From Alphaproteobacteria bacterium (GTDB lineage Bacteria; Pseudomonadota; Alphaproteobacteria; Rs-D84; CACZYB01): a stretch of DNA of 63,844 nucleotides. Positions within the stretch are counted from its first letter, which is position 1. Each line of letters begins with the position of its first letter. The DNA lies in contig JBJEXC010000011.1 in the NCBI GenBank assembly GCA_051885355.1, positions 1-63,844 on the forward strand, in the 5' to 3' direction. Below, piece by piece: positions 1 to 10,386 of the stretch. The notes under the pieces are model-generated. The model did not search any database. It worked only from the letters and a program-made list of their open reading frames with translations, and was not told the origin of the DNA. The position numbers and the translations under genes are program-made.

Positions 1-312
1 CCGCTATCACTAGTTTACTCTTTTCCATCTTTTATTCCCCCTTGGTTCGTTTGTATTCCACGATAAAAATCGTAAAACTTATTATCCCATCGTGCTCGCA
101 AACAGGCGGGGAGTTCGAAAATCATATAGTCTGAAATGATTCCACATGACCTTTAAGAACATGCAAAGCATACTCTCTGAACATACGTCAAGGGCTCCCC
201 ACCAAAGGCGGGGGCATTTATTCACATAACATTGCGTTATGCGCAGACTATAAAGGACTTTCGACAGTCCCGTATCCATTCGCGGACACTAGCCTAGATA
301 TAGAAATCTAAA
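1..312 (-). ncRNA. rnpB: Probable RNase P RNA (5' two-thirds; 3' end lies beyond the window start)
   Basis: A GC-richer non-coding block lies downstream of rpe. The minus strand reads P3-like hairpin GUGUCC-GCGAAU-GGAUAC, then GAAAGUCC (CR-I-like), AUAG, AUAACGC, hairpin CCCCGCC-UUU-GGUGGGG, CAGAGAG, hairpin AUGC-UUU-GCAU and AACUCCCCGCC. This is the same order as conserved bacterial type-A RNase P elements. A TTGAAA-N17-TATTAT promoter sits just upstream at about 320-350. CR-I deviates from the consensus GGAAAGUCC. Confidence 0.4.
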
Positions 313-364
313 CATATTTTCATAATATTATATTTAAGATAAGTTTTCAAGATAAAAAAGAAAT

Positions 365-1021
365 TTACATATTTTTAATTTTCAAAACAGCATCATTAAA
401 GTCTTTTTGCTTAAATAAAAAACTTCCAACAACAACAGAATCCGCACCATTTTCAAATACTTTTTTTGATGTTTCAAAATTAATTCCACCATCAACTTGC
501 ACTAAAATATTTCTTCCACTTTTTTTTACAAGAGAAGAAATTTTCAAAACTTTATCAGCAACTTCCTCAATAAATTTTTGCCCACCAAATCCAGGTTCAA
601 CACTCATCACCAAAATTTCATCAACAAAATCTAAATACTTCAAAACCTTTTTATATGAGGTTTTAGGATTTATCACAATCCCACTTTTTATTCCCAAAGA
701 TTTTATAAGTTTTAAAGATTTAAGACAATTCTTCGCCTCAATATGCACAGAAATTAAATCACTACCTGAGGCATAAAAACTTTTAATATAAGGCAAAGGA
801 TTTATAATCATCAAATGCACATCAAAAAATTTCTGAGTATAAGGTTTAATTGAAGAAATAAAATCCATACCATAAGTAATATTTGGCACAAACACACCAT
901 CCATTACATCAAAATGAATCCTGTCTGCATCAGATTTATTTATCATATCAATAGTCTTTTTTATATCAAAATAAGAAGTTGATGTAATACTTACCGACAA
1001 AATTTTTTTACTTTTTTTCAT
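365..1021 (-). CDS. rpe: Ribulose-phosphate 3-epimerase
   Basis: Motifs HFDVMDGVFVPN, HLMI, VMSVEPGFGGQKF and VDGGI are present. Start chosen at MKKSKKIL, 1 nt after the stop of the upstream gene, instead of the longer ORF-track start at 1084. Confidence 0.85.
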   Translation of the reverse strand: MKKSKKILSVSITSTSYFDIKKTIDMINKSDADRIHFDVMDGVFVPNITYGMDFISSIKPYTQKFFDVHLMIINPLPYIKSFYASGSDLISVHIEAKNCLKSLKLIKSLGIKSGIVINPKTSYKKVLKYLDFVDEILVMSVEPGFGGQKFIEEVADKVLKISSLVKKSGRNILVQVDGGINFETSKKVFENGADSVVVGSFLFKQKDFNDAVLKIKNM

Positions 1022-1022
1022 A

Positions 1023-2801
1023 CTAATTCTTCCTAAAAATTCTCCTAAATAATGCCCTATTTTCAGAAGAATCTTCTTCCTCATCCATTTTATCCAAATT
1101 ATCAGCCGACACAGTTATTTTTTCATTTTCAATATTAACAACTATATCATTCTTTATATCCTTTTCCAAAGTAGAAATAATGATAATCTTATCAGGCGAA
1201 AATTTCTCAATAATCTCCAATAACTTTTCTTTATATACTTTTCTTAAGCCTAAGAAAGGTTGATCAAAAATCATAATCTTTGGATTTCCAACAAAAACCC
1301 TTGCAATACTCAAAAGTTTCAATTCCTCAGGTGATAATAAATCCGTCTTACTATCAATAATAGTATTATAGCCATTAGGAAGTTTCGAAATTATATCATC
1401 AAGCCCAAACATCTTACATACCGCTTTATAATCAACAAATCCTGCAAAAGAACTATCATCATTTTCAGATAAGAAACAATTTAGGTTTTCCTTAACCGTT
1501 CCCTCTATTATAAAATAATTTTCACCAACATAATGAACATAATTTTTAAGACTGTCAGCACGAAGATTTGAAATATTATATCTGTCAAAGAAAATTTCAC
1601 CACTTGAAATATCATACCCACCAATCAAACTTTTTAAAAACAAAGATGTATCAAAAGTATTCTTTGCTCGCACAACATAAACTATACTATCCTCAAATAT
1701 AAAATCAACATTTCTTAAAATCACATTCTTACGCGCATCTTCCAAACTAACTCCTTTAAGTTCAAGATTCGCAAAAGTAATATCCTCAATTTCATCACTT
1801 TTTAAAGCCTCCACCTGCTCAGCCATAACTTGACTTAAACGCTCAGTCGAATTAATAAATTTAAAATATTGTGGAAGATACTTTAAAAAACTGTTTATCA
1901 AATAAAAATTTAATGTAAAAAGCAAAAGTATCGCAACCAAAGTTCCAACACTCATATTATGAAGATTAAACGAATAAACCCCAATCAAAGAAAACACCAC
2001 TAACCCCAAAAAGAAAATAACAAAATTCAAAACCAAACAAATATCCAATGTGTAATTTCTTTTATAAGTAATATCAATAATGCTTTTCTGATAATCATAC
2101 CACATATTCATAACCTTATCAGTCAAAGACATAGTTTTAAGTGACGAAAGATTATGAATTGAACCGGACACAAGTTCATCCCTTTCCTTTATAGCCAACT
2201 TTTCCTTATCATCAACAATTCCCAAAATATAGGAAGCAAACACAACAAAAATTGCATAAACAAGTAAAAACAAAAGCACAACAAAAAAGTATCTGCCAAG
2301 TAAAATCCCTATCACTCCAATAAAAAGTAATACAAAAGGAATATCAACAATATTTATAATATAAGAACCAGAAAGTCCATTCCTTATCACATCAATATCA
2401 GCAAACAAGGTAGTCCAAAAGGCATCTTTCTTTTTTTCAATTTTTTTAACCGGCAACTTAAAAACCTTATCCAAAATATTCTTACAAATATTATTATCTA
2501 TATTAAGAAGTATGTAATTTATCATTCCTGCCCTTACATACCTAAATATAAAATTAAAGCCAAGAACACAAACCAAAAACATAATATTAAATATTCCAGC
2601 AGAATCAGTTGAAAGATTAAACTTTCCATCAACCAAAAACATAATACATAAAGGTATTAAAACAGTTAAAACATTTATCAAAAAAGAAAGATAAAAAATT
2701 CTGTGTATAGCACTTTTAAAAGGTGTCAATATAGTAGAAAGACTATACTTAGAATTATCATAATAAACCGACATCACATCATTTTTTTTTAAATCTAACA
2801 T
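1023..2801 (-). CDS. ABC-exporter-like membrane protein with degenerate nucleotide-binding domain
   Basis: N-terminal multi-TM exporter-type domain plus a C-terminal domain with ABC topology. Walker A is replaced (VVRAKNTFDTSLF), the signature is LSPEE instead of LSGGQ, Walker B is IMIFDQP (E to Q), and there is no H-loop His. Confidence 0.6.
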   Translation of the reverse strand: MLDLKKNDVMSVYYDNSKYSLSTILTPFKSAIHRIFYLSFLINVLTVLIPLCIMFLVDGKFNLSTDSAGIFNIMFLVCVLGFNFIFRYVRAGMINYILLNIDNNICKNILDKVFKLPVKKIEKKKDAFWTTLFADIDVIRNGLSGSYIINIVDIPFVLLFIGVIGILLGRYFFVVLLFLLVYAIFVVFASYILGIVDDKEKLAIKERDELVSGSIHNLSSLKTMSLTDKVMNMWYDYQKSIIDITYKRNYTLDICLVLNFVIFFLGLVVFSLIGVYSFNLHNMSVGTLVAILLLFTLNFYLINSFLKYLPQYFKFINSTERLSQVMAEQVEALKSDEIEDITFANLELKGVSLEDARKNVILRNVDFIFEDSIVYVVRAKNTFDTSLFLKSLIGGYDISSGEIFFDRYNISNLRADSLKNYVHYVGENYFIIEGTVKENLNCFLSENDDSSFAGFVDYKAVCKMFGLDDIISKLPNGYNTIIDSKTDLLSPEELKLLSIARVFVGNPKIMIFDQPFLGLRKVYKEKLLEIIEKFSPDKIIIISTLEKDIKNDIVVNIENEKITVSADNLDKMDEEEDSSENRALFRRIFRKN

Positions 2802-2861
2802 TTTATTTCCCTAAATTTTTTATATAAAATATTATAACATAAAACAATATCCAATACAAAT

Positions 2862-4121
2862 TTAAAAATTATCATTTATAAACTTTCTTATTTTTCCCCA
2901 AATTCCAACATCTTTATCAATTTTCACATCAGAATTAAACCTTACTGCAGATGATGATTTTTGAAAATTAAAAACAAACAAACCAAACAAAGTTGAATAA
3001 GATGAATTAAGAAATTCCTCATCAACTCCATTTATTTTTAACGGAGTTGCAACTCTAACTGGCAAAGAAAATACATCTTCACAAATTCCCTTTATATTTT
3101 CAATTTTTGCACCACCCCCTGTGATAATCACCCTATTTACAAAATGTGAAAAATTTTTATCTTCTATATACTTTTTTATAACATTGAATAACATTTTAAC
3201 AACAGGATAAGTAATATTTAAAATATCAGCCTTTACCATTTCAACATTCTCCTCCTCTCCATTATCAGAAATCACAGCGACATTAACATATTCTGAATAA
3301 TCAATAGGAAGAGGTTCCACCGCACCATACTTTATCTTAATACGCTCCGCCTCATCAAATTTTATATTGGTTTTTCGGCAAATATAATTAGTGATATAAT
3401 CCCCACCAAGAGGAAGCGAAAAAGTATAAATAAAATTATTTTCAAAAAATATTCCCACAGACACTGCCGACTTTCCAATATCAACAATCATACTTCCAAC
3501 TCGCTTGTCATCATCAACAAGACAACCAAGTCCAGAAGCATAAGAATTTGCAACAACATCCTTTACTTTTAAATGCGATTTTTTAACAGCCTCAATCACC
3601 TCCATCATCATAAGACTGTCAACCGCAATAATATGATACATAATTTTAAGAGAAGTTGCCGAAAGATTCAAAGGATTCGCAACCTCTTTCTTTCCATCAA
3701 TAATATACTTTATCGGAATAATATGAATAACTGAATAATTTTCCACATCAATATTTTTCATAACAGGAATCTTCTTTGCACATCGCTCAATATCCTTAAC
3801 AGAGATTAATTGTTCAAAATTAAATGCAACTTTTGATTCCAAAAAATACGACTTAAATTCAAATCCAGAAAGTGAAACTACCACCTCACTAATATGACAT
3901 TTAGCCTTCTTTTCCGCAATAGCAACCGCCTCATCAATAGCAAAGGAAAGTTTCACCATATCAGTAATTTTACCATTTGAAAAACCACCATTAACAGAAC
4001 TTCCTACACCAAGACAAACCGTCCCCCCGTCAGAAGATATTGCCCCAATCATACAAATAACTTTACTTGTCCCAATATCAAGAAAACCAACAACACTTTT
4101 CTTATCGTAATCAAAAGCCAT
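2862..4121 (-). CDS. ftsA: Cell division protein FtsA
   Basis: Actin-like ATPase motifs (DIGTSKV, VDIGKSAVSV, ITGGGA). It lies immediately downstream of ftsQ. Confidence 0.85.
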   Translation of the reverse strand: MAFDYDKKSVVGFLDIGTSKVICMIGAISSDGGTVCLGVGSSVNGGFSNGKITDMVKLSFAIDEAVAIAEKKAKCHISEVVVSLSGFEFKSYFLESKVAFNFEQLISVKDIERCAKKIPVMKNIDVENYSVIHIIPIKYIIDGKKEVANPLNLSATSLKIMYHIIAVDSLMMMEVIEAVKKSHLKVKDVVANSYASGLGCLVDDDKRVGSMIVDIGKSAVSVGIFFENNFIYTFSLPLGGDYITNYICRKTNIKFDEAERIKIKYGAVEPLPIDYSEYVNVAVISDNGEEENVEMVKADILNITYPVVKMLFNVIKKYIEDKNFSHFVNRVIITGGGAKIENIKGICEDVFSLPVRVATPLKINGVDEEFLNSSYSTLFGLFVFNFQKSSSAVRFNSDVKIDKDVGIWGKIRKFINDNF

Positions 4122-4865
4122 TTACAAATCCCTCTGCTTTATAAGTATTTTGTTTATATCTCTTATATCTATTTCAGAAATATTTCTTTTAAGTAAATCT
4201 TGCTCTATATCAAACTTATTTATTTTCTCCAAAGCATCCTCTAAATTATCCTTTGCAAACTTTATTAAAATACCATCTTCAACATCATACAAAAATACAT
4301 TCCAACGCAAGTTATTTATATATTGAAGATAAACAACTTTATTCCATATTCTAGGATATTTCTTCGCAACTAAAAGAAAATCCTTCAAACTCTCATTAGC
4401 ACCTTCCCCAGTAATCAAAAGTCCAGACCTATATTCAACCCCAGCAGGTATAATTTTTCCATCACTATCAACAGGGAAATACTCCCCCTCACTAAACATA
4501 TATGCAACAATATCCTTTGGTTCTATTACAAGTAAAAGTTTTGAAGGATACTCCTTCACCACAGAAACATTTTTTACCCATGAAAGTTGGGAAAATTCCT
4601 CTCTCAATTCATCCACATTCACAGAAAAAGTTTTAGGTTTCAAAAGCACACCATACCTATCAAGAATATCCCGCACATCCGCAAGTGCCAAATTAACATC
4701 AATTGATAAATCACCTTTAAACTCCACCTCAGGATAATCCAAAACAAAGCCATCATCACCAACAAAATTCTGCCTTACCGCCACAAAAAGATAAGACACA
4801 CAAAATACAACAAATAATAAAAACAATACTTTTTTTACATTCAAAAATAATTCTTGTATTTTCAC
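4122..4865 (-). CDS. ftsQ: Cell division protein FtsQ
   Basis: Single N-terminal TM helix followed by a POTRA-like region. Its stop abuts the ftsA start. Confidence 0.7.
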   Translation of the reverse strand: MKIQELFLNVKKVLFLLFVVFCVSYLFVAVRQNFVGDDGFVLDYPEVEFKGDLSIDVNLALADVRDILDRYGVLLKPKTFSVNVDELREEFSQLSWVKNVSVVKEYPSKLLLVIEPKDIVAYMFSEGEYFPVDSDGKIIPAGVEYRSGLLITGEGANESLKDFLLVAKKYPRIWNKVVYLQYINNLRWNVFLYDVEDGILIKFAKDNLEDALEKINKFDIEQDLLKRNISEIDIRDINKILIKQRDL

Positions 4866-4969
4866 CTATCTCTCCATTAATATATTAATTAGGAACATTA
4901 TACCAAATTTTTTTCTTTTTTTAAATTAAATTTATTATATAATTAAAAAATATTAAAAAAGGCTTTATT

Positions 4970-5689
4970 ATGACTATACAAAGATTATATATACCACAAA
5001 AAATAGAAGAAAACAAACATTTATATATAACAAATGATGATTTTCACTACATAAAAAATGTTATAAGGTTAAAAATTGATGACGAAATACTCCTTTTTAA
5101 TGAAACAAACGGTGAATTTTTATCAAAAATAAAGGATATTACAAAAAAAGAAATAATAATCACTCCAATAACCCAAACAAAAAAGCCAACAGAGGAAAAT
5201 ATTCCAGATGTCGAACTAATATTCGCCCCAATAAAACATAATCGCCAAGATTTAATTGTTGAAAAAGCAACAGAACTAGGAATTAAGGAATTAAGTCCTA
5301 TCATCACAAAATACACCAACAACAAAAATATAAATATTGAAAGATTAAATACTATTGCAAAGGAGGCAACCGAACAATCCCGCCGTCTTTCAAAACCAAA
5401 AATAAATGAATCCATTTCATTCATTGAAAAAATCAAAAACTTTGATTTTGAAAACAGAACTCTTGTCTATCTTGATGAACGCCCAACACAAACAAATTCC
5501 ATAGAAATTCTTAAAAAGTTAAAGGGAAAACCTGTCTCTTTTTTAATAGGACCAGAAGGAGGCTTTGCAAAAGAGGAATTTGAAATACTACAACAAACTC
5601 CCGCAATAGGAGTGAGTTTAGGCTCCCTTATACTTCGTGCTGAAACCGCATCAATTTCAATAATCGCAATATATAATTTAGGAATGTAA
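4970..5689 (+). CDS. rsmE: 16S rRNA (uracil1498-N3)-methyltransferase RsmE
   Basis: C-terminal SPOUT motif LIGPEGGF...E and typical length (239 aa). Confidence 0.8.
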   Translation: MTIQRLYIPQKIEENKHLYITNDDFHYIKNVIRLKIDDEILLFNETNGEFLSKIKDITKKEIIITPITQTKKPTEENIPDVELIFAPIKHNRQDLIVEKATELGIKELSPIITKYTNNKNINIERLNTIAKEATEQSRRLSKPKINESISFIEKIKNFDFENRTLVYLDERPTQTNSIEILKKLKGKPVSFLIGPEGGFAKEEFEILQQTPAIGVSLGSLILRAETASISIIAIYNLGM

Positions 5690-5691
5690 AA

Positions 5692-7746
5692 ATGAATAAA
5701 CTACCACCTGAAAATATGACCACATCAGAAATAAAAATTGAATTAAAAGACCTTACAAAACAATTGTCAAAGTTTGATGAAGAATATTACACAAATGACG
5801 CTCCAAGTATCACCGATGCCGAATATGATGAACTTAAAAAACGCGCCTTAGAACTTGAAACCTATCTTTCTCAAACCGACCTTTTCGGAAATTTAATTGT
5901 ATCAAAAAAAGTTGGAAGCAAAGTCAAAAATGGATTTAAAAAAATCACTCACACAATCCCTATGCTATCCCTTGAAAACCTTTATAACGATACTGATTTA
6001 AAGGAATTTACAACAAGGATAAAAAAGGACTTATCTCTTCTTCCAAACGAAACTTTTGATATAGTAGCAGAATATAAAATCGACGGACTAAGTTTCAATG
6101 CCAGATACGAAAACGGAAACTTCGTATCCGCCGCAACTCGTGGCGATGGAACCATAGGCGAAGACATTACCGAAAACATAAAAACAATAAAAAACTTCCC
6201 TCTTCATATAAATACTACCCTACCTATATTAGAAATTCGTGGCGAAGTTTATATGAGTAAGGAGGACTTCATAAACCTTAATAAATATCAAGAAACCCAC
6301 GGCGAAAAACTTTTCGCAAACCCACGAAATGCAGCCGCAGGCTCCCTCCGTCAACTTGATGCAAGCATCACAAAAAAACGAAACCTTTCTATAATAGTTT
6401 ATGCGTGGGGAGAAGTATCCGAACCAAAACCATGGAACACCCAAACCGAATTTTATGAATATGCAAAATCCTTAGGTTTTCCAATACAACCTATATATAA
6501 AATTTGCCACACCTACGACGAATTAAAAGATTTCTATCATAAAATAGAAAACGAACGCCATGCAATCCCATTTGATATAGATGGTATAGTCTACAAAATC
6601 AACGACCTCTCCCTTCAAAAAAAACTTGGCTTTATCGCCCGCGCCCCAAAATGGGCAATCGCACACAAATTTCCACCACAACAGGCAATTACTATCATAA
6701 ACAATATTACTTTACAAGTAGGACGAACTGGCGTCATTACCCCAGTTGCCGAACTTGACCCAGTAAATGTCGGTGGAGTTATGGTAGCCCGCGCAACCCT
6801 TCATAACCAAGATTATATAAAGGCAAAGGACATAAGGACAACAGACACAGTAATAATTGAACGCGCTGGCGATGTTATCCCACAGGTAGTAGAAGTAAAA
6901 CTATCCGAAAGAAAACCAAATACAACAGAATTCATAATGCCAACAATCTGCCCAGTCTGTGGCAACCCTATATCACAAAAAAAGGACGAAGTCGCCCTTC
7001 GTTGCACAAACCCAAACTGCCCTGCACAAATAAAAGAATACCTAAAATATTTCATTTCTAGAGATGCTTTCAATATAGACGGACTTGGAGCATCCCAAAT
7101 AGAACTTTTTTATGACAAAGGCTGGCTAAAAAATCCAATCGACATTTTTAACCTTATCACAAACCACAAAAATGATATAGAAAAATTAGAAGGATACGGA
7201 CCAAAATCTATCAAAAACTTAACAACCTCAATCGAAAATGCGAAACACATAAAACTTGATAAATTCATATATGCTTTAGGCATTTTCGGTGTAGGTTCCG
7301 CAACCGCAATACTCCTTGCCGATAAATTTAAATCAATAGACGCTCTACAAAGAACAACTTTTGCAGAACTCACTTCAATTTATGGCATAGGTGACACTAT
7401 GGCAATGGATATATTAAACTTTATGCGCAATGAAACAAAAATAAATTTAATAAAGGACTTAACTTCAATAGTCACAATTGAAAATCCAGAAATAATTGAA
7501 ATTGATAAAACAAACCCTCTATTTGAAAAAACAATAGTCTTTACCGGCACCCTTTCCAATATAGGAAGAAAGGAAGCCGAGGATATTGCAAGAAAGTTCG
7601 GCGCCCACCCAACCTCCTCTGTCAGCAAAAAAACAAACATAGTAGTTGCCGGCACATCCGCAGGCTCCAAACTTGACACCGCACAAAAACTGGGAATAAC
7701 AATTATGTCAGAACAAGAATTCCTTGATATAGTAGGCAAAAAATAA
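5692..7746 (+). CDS. ligA: NAD-dependent DNA ligase
   Basis: Adenylation motif EYKIDGLS, four-Cys zinc finger (CPVCG...CTNPNCPAQ), HhH region and a C-terminal BRCT-like tail. Confidence 0.95.
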   Translation: MNKLPPENMTTSEIKIELKDLTKQLSKFDEEYYTNDAPSITDAEYDELKKRALELETYLSQTDLFGNLIVSKKVGSKVKNGFKKITHTIPMLSLENLYNDTDLKEFTTRIKKDLSLLPNETFDIVAEYKIDGLSFNARYENGNFVSAATRGDGTIGEDITENIKTIKNFPLHINTTLPILEIRGEVYMSKEDFINLNKYQETHGEKLFANPRNAAAGSLRQLDASITKKRNLSIIVYAWGEVSEPKPWNTQTEFYEYAKSLGFPIQPIYKICHTYDELKDFYHKIENERHAIPFDIDGIVYKINDLSLQKKLGFIARAPKWAIAHKFPPQQAITIINNITLQVGRTGVITPVAELDPVNVGGVMVARATLHNQDYIKAKDIRTTDTVIIERAGDVIPQVVEVKLSERKPNTTEFIMPTICPVCGNPISQKKDEVALRCTNPNCPAQIKEYLKYFISRDAFNIDGLGASQIELFYDKGWLKNPIDIFNLITNHKNDIEKLEGYGPKSIKNLTTSIENAKHIKLDKFIYALGIFGVGSATAILLADKFKSIDALQRTTFAELTSIYGIGDTMAMDILNFMRNETKINLIKDLTSIVTIENPEIIEIDKTNPLFEKTIVFTGTLSNIGRKEAEDIARKFGAHPTSSVSKKTNIVVAGTSAGSKLDTAQKLGITIMSEQEFLDIVGKK

Positions 7747-7807
7747 CTATTGTTTTTAAATAATCTTTCCTTTATAATAAAATTTCAAATAAAGCAAAGG
7801 CTAATTT

Positions 7808-8560
7808 ATGTTAAAATTTTTTACAATTCTGTTCCTTCTTATCCTTCCACCATTTGCATTGGCGGAGGACATTGAACTTACAGCCGATAATGGCTTAGAA
7901 TGGAACCAAAAGGAACAAAAAATCATTATGCGAGAAAACGCTAATGCTAAAACTCCTGAATATGAATTAAAGGCCGATTATATTGAGGCTTTTTATAAAG
8001 AACCAAATAAAAAAATATATCAGGTTATCGCAACCGATAATGTAAAAGTCATATCAAAGGAAGAAAATATCACAACCGACAAACTAACCTACGATATTAA
8101 TAATGAAATTATAAAACTATTTTCCACTTCAAATCCAACAACCCTTAAAAATAAAGACAGCGAAATAATTGCAAAGGATGACATAATTTACTACAAAGCA
8201 AAAAATTACGCCACCGCAAAAAATGCAAAAATCATAAATACCGGTCGCACACTTTTCGCTGACGATATAAAAGTTGAATTTGAAAGAACAAAGGCATCAT
8301 CAAACCAACTAAAAAAAATACTCGCAAATGGAAATATAAAACTTATTGATGGCGAAGAAGAATTATACGGTGACACCGCCGAATACAATCCAAAAACTGG
8401 CTTTGCAACGATATCCGGAAATGTGTATTTTAAAAAGGGAACACAGGCAAACCTTTCTGGCGGTAAAATAATATATGATATGAAAACTGGTATAGCCCGC
8501 GTTCTTCCAAAGGATGGTGAAAGCAAGGTAAAAGGTGTATTTTCCACCGATAAAAAATAA
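7808..8560 (+). CDS. lptA: LPS transport periplasmic protein LptA (OstA-like)
   Basis: Signal peptide, repetitive beta-jellyroll-like sequence, and position directly upstream of lptB. Confidence 0.65.
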   Translation: MLKFFTILFLLILPPFALAEDIELTADNGLEWNQKEQKIIMRENANAKTPEYELKADYIEAFYKEPNKKIYQVIATDNVKVISKEENITTDKLTYDINNEIIKLFSTSNPTTLKNKDSEIIAKDDIIYYKAKNYATAKNAKIINTGRTLFADDIKVEFERTKASSNQLKKILANGNIKLIDGEEELYGDTAEYNPKTGFATISGNVYFKKGTQANLSGGKIIYDMKTGIARVLPKDGESKVKGVFSTDKK

Positions 8561-8571
8561 AGGATCCACAA

Positions 8572-9315
8572 ATGGAAACAGAAAATAAACTTATAAAAGA
8601 AATAGTTGTAAAAAACATTGCAAAAAGTTACTCCAAACGCCCAGTTTTAAAAAATGTTTCAATCAATGTAAAACAAGGGGAAGCAGTAGGCTTGCTTGGT
8701 CCAAACGGCGCTGGAAAAACAACTTGCTTTTATTGTATAACTGGACTTATCACACCAGATACTGGCTCTATCACCCTAAGCGGGGAAAACATAACAAAAC
8801 TTCCATTTTACCACCGCGCACAAAAGGGTATCGGCTACCTTCCACAAGAATCTTCAATATTTCGCTCTCTTACTGTCGAAGATAATATTATGGCAGTATT
8901 GGAAGTTGTTGAACCATACGAGGATAAACGCAAACAAAAACTTGATGAATTACTTGCCGAATTTTCTATCACTCATTTAAGGGAAAGTCCAGCCATCGCA
9001 CTATCCGGTGGTGAACGTCGCCGTCTTGAAATAGCACGCGCCCTCGCTGCAAATCCTGACTTTATATTACTTGATGAACCATTCGCCGGCGTTGACCCTA
9101 TCGCCGTTAACGATATAAGAAACCTTGTTTTCCATTTAAAGGACAAGGGCTACGGCGTTCTAATCACCGACCACAATGTCCGCGAAACTTTGGAAATAAC
9201 TGACCGCGCTTATGTCCTTCATAATGGAACTGTTTTATGCGAAGGAACCCCCGATGCAATAGTATGCAATACAAATGTTCGCAAAGTCTACCTCGGTGAA
9301 AACTTTAAAATGTAA
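8572..9315 (+). CDS. lptB: LPS export ABC transporter ATP-binding protein LptB
   Basis: Walker A GPNGAGKTT, signature LSGGERRR, Walker B ILLDEP and H-loop TDHN. 247 aa, downstream of lptA. Confidence 0.85.
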   Translation: METENKLIKEIVVKNIAKSYSKRPVLKNVSINVKQGEAVGLLGPNGAGKTTCFYCITGLITPDTGSITLSGENITKLPFYHRAQKGIGYLPQESSIFRSLTVEDNIMAVLEVVEPYEDKRKQKLDELLAEFSITHLRESPAIALSGGERRRLEIARALAANPDFILLDEPFAGVDPIAVNDIRNLVFHLKDKGYGVLITDHNVRETLEITDRAYVLHNGTVLCEGTPDAIVCNTNVRKVYLGENFKM

Positions 9316-9387
9316 TTTTTTTAATTCTCTCTTGTTAAAAATCCAAAAATATGATATTATATACTTCATATAAGTAGGATTAAAAAA

Positions 9388-10386
9388 ATGTATACAAATT
9401 TAAAATATATTTCCATTATAGTTTTGTCATTAATAATATTTGAAACAAATGTTTCTGCACAAAAGAAAAAAGTAAGCAAAAAACAAAACACCATTACTGG
9501 AAGTTTTGCAAAAAGGGGTTCAATAAAAAGAAATTTAACAGAAACACCCAAAAAAGAAAAAACAGAAGAAATTATTCAAGAAGAAACCACTACAACCGCA
9601 ACCCCATCAGAAAATACTGATGATATTCAAGCAGAAATTGAAAAACTAACCGCACAAAATAATTTAATAAGAAATAACATAAATGAAAAACAAACAAAAA
9701 TTAATGACATCACTTCAAAAATAAACGATTTAGAAGATTCTATTTTAAACCTTGAAACACAACAAAATAAATCAAAAAGTGCCTGCACCCAACTAAGCAT
9801 AAAAAAGATGGAAGAAATCCAAGGCTGGCTTATCGCCTCCGTTGCTTCCTCCGGTGTTGGAACCGCAGCAAACACAACTGCAACAATTACTTCTTTTATG
9901 CAAAAGGATAACTCTCAAATTGATAAACAAAATCAAAAAGCATTAGACCGTGCAACAGACAAGGCAAAAAATCAAGAAATAAAAAAATTAAAAGAAGAAC
10001 AAAAGAAAATATCTGATCAAATAAAAGATAACAATGAACATATAAATATTCTAAGCATTGGAAACGGAGATGAAATTGATAACATTTTTGATTCAAAAGG
10101 AATTGATTATTTAACAGAGCAAAATCGAACAAATAACGAAAAATTTAATGAGTATGAAGATAAAATAAACGATATTCAAAACAATCCTTTTACAGGTGAA
10201 GTTAATGCAAAAAATACTTCATACGAACAACAACAAAAGAAAAATAAAACTCTTTCAACCGTATCTAACATTTCAAGCATAGTTGGAACTGTTGCCTCCG
10301 GTGCCGCAACAATCACATCAACTGTTGCTGCTGGATTGATATCAACTATCGCAAAACAAGTAAAATCTTGCAAAGGAACATTCTAA
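9388..10386 (+). CDS. Secreted coiled-coil protein, paralog A (unknown function)
   Basis: Signal peptide (…ETNVSAQ), long Lys/Glu/Gln/Asn coiled-coil region, and Gly/Thr/Ala-rich hydrophobic segments each followed by a Cys. Confidence 0.6.
   Translation: MYTNLKYISIIVLSLIIFETNVSAQKKKVSKKQNTITGSFAKRGSIKRNLTETPKKEKTEEIIQEETTTTATPSENTDDIQAEIEKLTAQNNLIRNNINEKQTKINDITSKINDLEDSILNLETQQNKSKSACTQLSIKKMEEIQGWLIASVASSGVGTAANTTATITSFMQKDNSQIDKQNQKALDRATDKAKNQEIKKLKEEQKKISDQIKDNNEHINILSIGNGDEIDNIFDSKGIDYLTEQNRTNNEKFNEYEDKINDIQNNPFTGEVNAKNTSYEQQQKKNKTLSTVSNISSIVGTVASGAATITSTVAAGLISTIAKQVKSCKGTF

Noticed and set aside
82-279. 65-aa minus-strand ORF at the left edge
   Set aside because: It lies inside the GC-rich structured block, has no Shine-Dalgarno and a Cys/Trp/Arg-rich odd composition. 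An ncRNA explains the region better.
1-312. Alternative identities for the structured block: tmRNA (including the two-piece alphaproteobacterial form), T-box or TPP riboswitch, 6S RNA
   Set aside because: There is no tag-like reading frame ending in AA-stop and no T-arm/CCA acceptor end. No T-box or TPP core sequence appears in the right order. The order of elements fits RNase P better, though this remains unproven.
5047-8618. Antisense or overlapping ORFs within rsmE, ligA and lptA (for example 5047-5436, 6813-7073, 7380-7739, 8206-8571)
   Set aside because: They are fully embedded opposite well-supported genes and have low-complexity, hydrophobic composition typical of antisense frames in AT-rich DNA.
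10368-10385. Upstream start MQRNIL for the second coiled-coil paralog
   Set aside because: It would overlap paralog A by 19 nt and place charged residues before the signal peptide. The ATG at 10386 gives a standard signal peptide.
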